From Squalus acanthias (taxonomy: Eukaryota): a stretch of DNA of 64,000 nt. Below are positions 58,928-64,000 of the stretch, piece after piece (within the stretch, counting starts at the first letter, position 1; each line of letters opens with the position of its first letter). The stretch covers positions 132,000,001 to 132,064,000 of the forward strand of contig CM059432.1 in NCBI GenBank assembly GCA_030390025.1, written 5' to 3'. The position numbers and the translations under genes were made by a program. The notes under the pieces are model-generated. The model was not told where the DNA came from. It saw only the letters and a program-made list of their open reading frames with translations, and ran no database searches.

Positions 58928-59101
58928 TGATGCGGAGATGCCGGTGTTGGACTGGGGTGGACAAAAATGAGAAGTCGCACAACACCAGGTTATAGTCCAA
59001 CAGTTTTATTTGAAATCACAAGCTTTCGGAGCTCCGAAAGCTTGTGATTTCAAATAAAACTGTTGGACTATAACCTGGTGCTGTGCGACTTCTCATTTTT
59101 G
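58928..59101. mobile_element. Palindromic PLE-terminus insertion (family 1): 140-bp hairpin plus 34-nt tail, 13-bp TSD
   Basis: 58962-59101 is self-complementary (1 mismatch seen) around GGAG|CTCC; ACAACTATGAATA at 58915-58927 and 59102-59114. Confidence 0.93.
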
Positions 59102-61435
59102 ACAACTATGAATAGTTCTTGGTATGAATGTTAACATGTTGCAAGTTCCGTCTCTTCCAGCTGCCTTCTAGGAACCTAGCTTGGTGTTTCTCCATTTAAG
59201 TGCCCCCTTAAAAAGCGGATCTAGTGAGTACTAGTTAGCACTAAACCAGAAAGTCCCAGGTTCAATTCTTGTTTGTGCCATAATATCTCTCACGGAGCAC
59301 AATTAGATGCTGCAGTCGCCCTCTAATCTCTCCCCCCCCCCCCCCCCCCCCCGCCCCCAGCAATCCGGCTCGGCTGCAATGCCCGCCTTGATCCAATAGT
59401 CTGCTGCCGCTTGCTATCCAGACTCACACTTGAGCACAGTACCAGAGGGCCTCTGCAGCCCACAGAACCATACCCCAGCATGAGTCACTACCTTCAGGAG
59501 AGGAGGGGGTGACGAGTTGAAGGGGAAAAAAGGAGTCTGGCCCATCAGTGCCTCCTTAAAAAATAATTCAAAAAGAGTGACGAATAACCAACATCTTTTT
59601 TTAATTTCTTGAATATTTTTCTGTAAATAGTGATCTCATGAGGGAGGCTACCACTTAGAAAAGATTGAAACGGACAATATAAGAGCCAAATTAACAGCTG
59701 TGGAGTGGGTGTGTCTGTGTTTTTTGTCATAATTGTTCATTTGGCTCCATTACATAGTTTGTGCAGTAACTCGCTGAGCAAATCCCTGCCCCACCACTTC
59801 TGCCCCCACCCCAACCATCCTCGGCGCAGACTTTAATAGTTTTTTTTCAGAAGGAAAAATTGTTTCACGATTTGAGCTGTTTTTTTAATAAAAGGGAATC
59901 CATTCTCAGAGCTGCATGTCTGGTAAATAAGTGTGAGTTGTTTAGCTTGGATTTTGTCCTGACACTTGTTTAAATACTGGCGCAAACAAGGAAGATTAAA
60001 ACGCTGACCCAGGCCATATAGTAGTGGAGTTCTGTAGCAGACAAAAGAGCCGGCGCAGATTCGATGGGCCGAATGGCCGCCTCCTGTGCTGTACTATTCT
60101 ATGCTTCTATAAAAGCAGTTTGATATTTTGATCAACTTTTAAAAATAAGTTGGAGAAATCCCAGGGAAAGTGCTAGTTGTAGAGCTGAATATAGACTGAC
60201 TCTATCTAGTACTTCATGGGGTACTGTGGTTCCTGCGCCTCGTGGAGGAGGGGGGTGGTGGAGAGAAGAAATGCATGTGGAGAACATTAAATAACTGAGC
60301 GTGGACAGGGAATGATTATTGTAGCGGTTGATTGATTAACTCCGGGGGATCGGGGAGTTTTTTGCAGAATTTCCCCTCCTGGAGATTGTGTGGGTGGGAT
60401 AATTTCATAGAAGGATAGATTGCACCTTATCTGTGGAAGGAGCAGCCTTGATGGGTGGAATGGCATTTTCTCATTCCATTCATAATTACCATCATTTAGT
60501 ATGATGGGGATTTTTGTGGTTGCGGTGTTGGGTGGATCTGAGTCAGAGGTGGTAGTCAGCTGAGAGAAGATGGAAGAAACCTGTGGAGGAAGTTACAGAT
60601 ATCTAGATTGGTTCCAGTTTCTGCAGAATCTAATTTCTTTCAAATGGCTCGTTTTCCATTCGAACTTGCAAATACAGCTAGTGTTAGTTAATAGGTAGAC
60701 AACAATTTTAAAAAGATCACTAAATGGGGCATTGGATGACTTGTGAAATGACTATCTTCATTAAAATATCAAATGCTCTGTTAATGAGTACTTTGCAAAT
60801 GTATATTTGAGGCATGCAAACTCTCCTCATACCAATTTGTTGTGTGGAATGGAGGATTGAAAGCTGCTTTCTGACCATACACCACATTAGAGTCTCAATT
60901 TACTGATCTTCAGCAGTGAACGCAAGAGGTTGCATTTATATAGCGCCTCAGGATATCCCAAAGCATTTCACAGCCAATGAATTACTTTCGAAGTGTGGTC
61001 ACTGTTGATTTTGTCGATGAATTTGCACACCGCAAGGTCCCACAAACACCGGGGAGGAATTACCAAGTTAATCTGTTTCTTTTTGGTGTTGGCTGAGGGA
61101 AGAATGTTGACAGAACAGCTCCCCTTTGAACGGTGACACGGGATCCTTTGCATCCCCCTGAGCAAGCAAATAGGGCCTCGCTCCATTGTCTAACAAATCC
61201 ATCTATCCTAGTCTTGAAAGCTGCGATTGTCCTAAAATCCACAGCCTTTTGGATAAGAGAGTTCCAAATTTCTGTTGCCCCCTGTGTGGAAAAAGTGCTT
61301 TCTGATTTTGCTCCAGAATGGACCAGCTCTAATGTTGAGATTATGCCCCCTTGTTTACCTTAATTACCCCACCAGAGGAAATAGTTTCTCTGTATCTACC
61401 CCATCAAATCCTTTTGACATTTTAAACACCTCAAT

Positions 61436-61735
61436 CACAGAATCCCCACAGTGCAGATAGAGGCCATTTCGGCCCATCGAGCCTGCACCGACACCCTATC
61501 CCCATAACCCCACGTATTTAATCCCCCCCTAACACTAAGGGTCAATTTATCATAGCCAAATCAACCTAACCCGCACATCTTTGGACTGTGGGAGGAAACC
61601 GGAGCACCCGGAGGAAACCCACGCAGACACGGGGAGAATGTGCAAACTCCACACAGACAGTCACCCGAGGCCGGATTTGAACCCGGGTCCCTGGCGCTGT
61701 GAGGCAACAGTGCTAACCACTATGCCACCGTGTTG
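61436..61735 (-). mobile_element. HE1-like V-SINE next to a CR1 fragment (61195-61435)
   Basis: Reverse complement of the 33291-33597 family. Confidence 0.88.
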
Positions 61736-61816
61736 CCCACTTAGTCAACTTAGTCTTAACCACAGTAATGAGAAGTCGCACAACACCAGGTTATAGTCCA
61801 ACAGATTTATTTAATT

Positions 61817-61854
61817 TTACAAGCTTTCGGAGCTGTCGCTCCTTCGTCAGGTAA
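61817..61854 (-). ncRNA. Minimal type I hammerhead ribozyme (family 1, inverted arm)
   Basis: Reverse complement of 62590-62627. Confidence 0.8.
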
Positions 61855-62589
61855 GTTAGCAATGAGAGAATCTCCCAGAATTCACAATTTAAACCCAGAC
61901 AAAATCTATTCACATTATTCGCTACAACAAAGAGCACAGCCAAGACAATGAGATGTGTCCCAGGGGGTCCAACGTGTCAAACCACAGTCCAAAGATGTGC
62001 GGGTTAGGTTGATTTGGCTATGATAAATTGACCCTTAGTGTTAGGGGGATTAAATACGTGGGGTTATGGGGATAGGGTGTCGGTGCAGGCTCGATGGGCC
62101 GAAATGGCCTCTATCTGCACTGTGGGGATTCTGTGATTGAGGTGTTTAAAATGTCAAAAGGATTTGATGGGGTAGATACAGAGAAACTATTTCCTCTGGT
62201 GCGGTAATCTGCGGGTAAGCGTTCTCCAAGGCGGCCTTCGAGATACACGACAGCGCAAAATCATAGAGCAGAAACTGATAGCCAAGTTCCGCACTCATGA
62301 GGATGGCCTCAATCGCGATATCGGGTTCATGTCACGATACAGAACGTGACTTGACATCATGGCCGGTCTTCCCAGGTGTTTTTTTTAATTTTTTTTTTGT
62401 TTTTTTTTTTAAAAAGGCTAACACAAGAACACAAATTGACAGGATATGCAGCCAGCAGGTGGTTTGACACGTTGGACCCCCTGGGACACATCTCATTGTC
62501 TTGGCTGTGCTCTTTGTTGTAGCGAATAATGTGAATAGATTTTGTCTGGGTTTAAATTGTGAATTCTGGGAGATTCTCTCATTGCTAAC

Positions 62590-62627
62590 TTACCTGACGA
62601 AGGAGCGACAGCTCCGAAAGCTTGTAA
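62590..62627 (+). ncRNA. Minimal type I hammerhead ribozyme (family 1)
   Basis: TTAC-CTGACGA-A-GGAGC-GACA-GCTCC-GAAA-GC-TT-GTAA. Confidence 0.82.
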
Positions 62628-63659
62628 AATTAAATAAATCTGTTGGACTATAACCTGGTGTTGTGCGACTTCTCATTTTTGTCCACCCCAGTCCAACGCC
62701 GGCATCTCCACATCTTAACCACAGTACTTTATGTTCAATGGATATGGTTATGTATATAAAAAAAACGCAGACAAAATAAAATAAAAAGAGGTCTATCAGT
62801 AAAGCCCCCTACCCAAAACATTTTCCCGTCGTCTTTTAAATGTTTTCAGCTGCTGACAGACCAGCATTTTCAGTTTTCTTTTCATCTCCCTCAGAATGCG
62901 TCTGATATTATCAGTTTATAGTGTCTCACTGCAAGTGGGACTTCACTGTGCAGCACTTGCATGACATTTTATTTTGAGTTGCACATATTCTTTGGCATAG
63001 AGGCGCTAAACAAGTTTGGTAAGGCTTGCCTTAACAATACTTTCCTTTGTATTGTCTCAACAGTGGCAGGTACCATAATGTGAATGCCACAAAGTAAGCC
63101 TTAGATTTATTTTTACAATGAATGATTATATTTGTCTTGGTTCAGGAGGTGAGTATGTTCCGTCACTGGTGAAGGGAAAAATAAGAATGGGAACAAGATG
63201 CATTACTTTCCAGGCATAACCTGAGTATCAGTAACCTAGGGTTACACTGCCAACGCTTACTAAAGTGTAGGCTAGTAGTTTTAACATGACACAGATACCA
63301 GGAGGAGTTGCCAACTGACTTGCCCGCTCCCTACCACCTTGCCCAGGCTGATTCGATGAATTTTGCATTTTGATGCCTGGCAGGGGTCAGCTGACTTGGC
63401 ACAGACTGGGGATCGAAGTTGGAATTTCTTTGCTCAGTGTGGCTCAGCATCACACTGGTGCTTTTACCCACAAAATCGCTGGACAGTTTTTCAAGTTAAA
63501 GTACACAAGTTCTATAAACTTATTTGGCGAGTCTCAGATCCTGCAAGTGTACAAGTCTTGTACATTTCCTTGTAGGTAGTCTCTCTGTGGCAGATGGCTT
63601 TTGCACAGTTGGGAATAGTACATGGAGCAGAGGGTCGCTTAAAGGGATAAATTCTTAAA

Positions 63660-64000
63660 CACAGCAATTTGCATTTATATAGCGCCATAATAAAATGTCC
63701 CAAGGTGCTTCACAGGCACGTTATCAGACAAAATTTGACACCAAGCCCCTTACAAGTTTAGCGAGGGAATTCCAGAGCTTGGGGCCTAAACAGCTCCAGG
63801 CATGGTTGCCAATAGTGGGGTGAAATAAATCGGATGCACAAGAGGTCAGAATTGGAGGAACGCAGAGATCTTGGAGGGATGTAGGGCTGAAGGCTCTATC
63901 TTTGGCCCCCTCCTATTTCTCCTCTACATGCTGCCCTTCGACGACATCATCCGAAAACACAGCGTCAGTTTCCACATGTACGCTGACGACACCCAGCTCT
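63660..64000. mobile_element. L2 LINE pieces: 3' end on minus (63660-63893) abutting an RT segment on plus (63894-64000)
   Basis: Plus strand [35 protein letters not shown]; the minus part matches the 17553-17898 family. Confidence 0.82.

Larger units (their letters stand above)
61768..62712 (+). mobile_element. Complex Penelope-like insertion: inverted terminal copy + captured flank + GIY-YIG C-terminus + 3' terminus and tail; 14-bp TSD
   Basis: 218-bp inverted arms 61768-61985 / 62459-62676; [44 protein letters not shown] at about 62209-62349; TCTTAACCACAGTA at 61754-61767 and 62713-62726. Confidence 0.93.

Noticed and set aside
59018..59046. Hammerhead ribozyme at the palindrome centre
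   Set aside because: Only stem II and GAAAGCTT are present; the CUGANGA core is missing on both strands.
1..64000. CRISPR array, operon or other prokaryotic system
   Set aside because: The sequence is clearly spliced eukaryotic DNA; no repeat-spacer array was seen.

Overview
Repeat-rich vertebrate genomic DNA, very probably from a cartilaginous fish, since it carries HE1/V-SINE-, DeuSINE- and CR1-like families typical of sharks. Two host genes are supported. (1) A complete 6-exon crotonase-family (enoyl-CoA hydratase/isomerase-like) gene on the + strand, join(7444..7606,12144..12314,17319..17416,24747..24891,24986..25135,35252..35475), 316 aa, with a predicted mitochondrial transit peptide and a non-canonical active site. 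(2) The promoter and first coding exon (46046..46490) of a BMP7-like 60A-subgroup BMP, whose first intron appears to run to the window end. The rest is mostly mobile DNA: a near-complete PIF/Harbinger transposon with relics and MITEs, many CR1/L2/RTE/Tx1 LINE fragments, SINEs, a solo LTR nested in a MITE, and Penelope-like elements (PLEs). The most striking structure is the PLE set. Two families carry minimal type I hammerhead ribozymes with co-varying stems. Copies leave 11-14 bp target duplications and form fold-back palindromes with a 34-36 nt tail, one of which turns exactly at ribozyme stem II. One copy captured an inverted duplicate of its own flanking DNA. Ribozymes in PLEs are known in general; whether these particular families or structures are described cannot be checked here.
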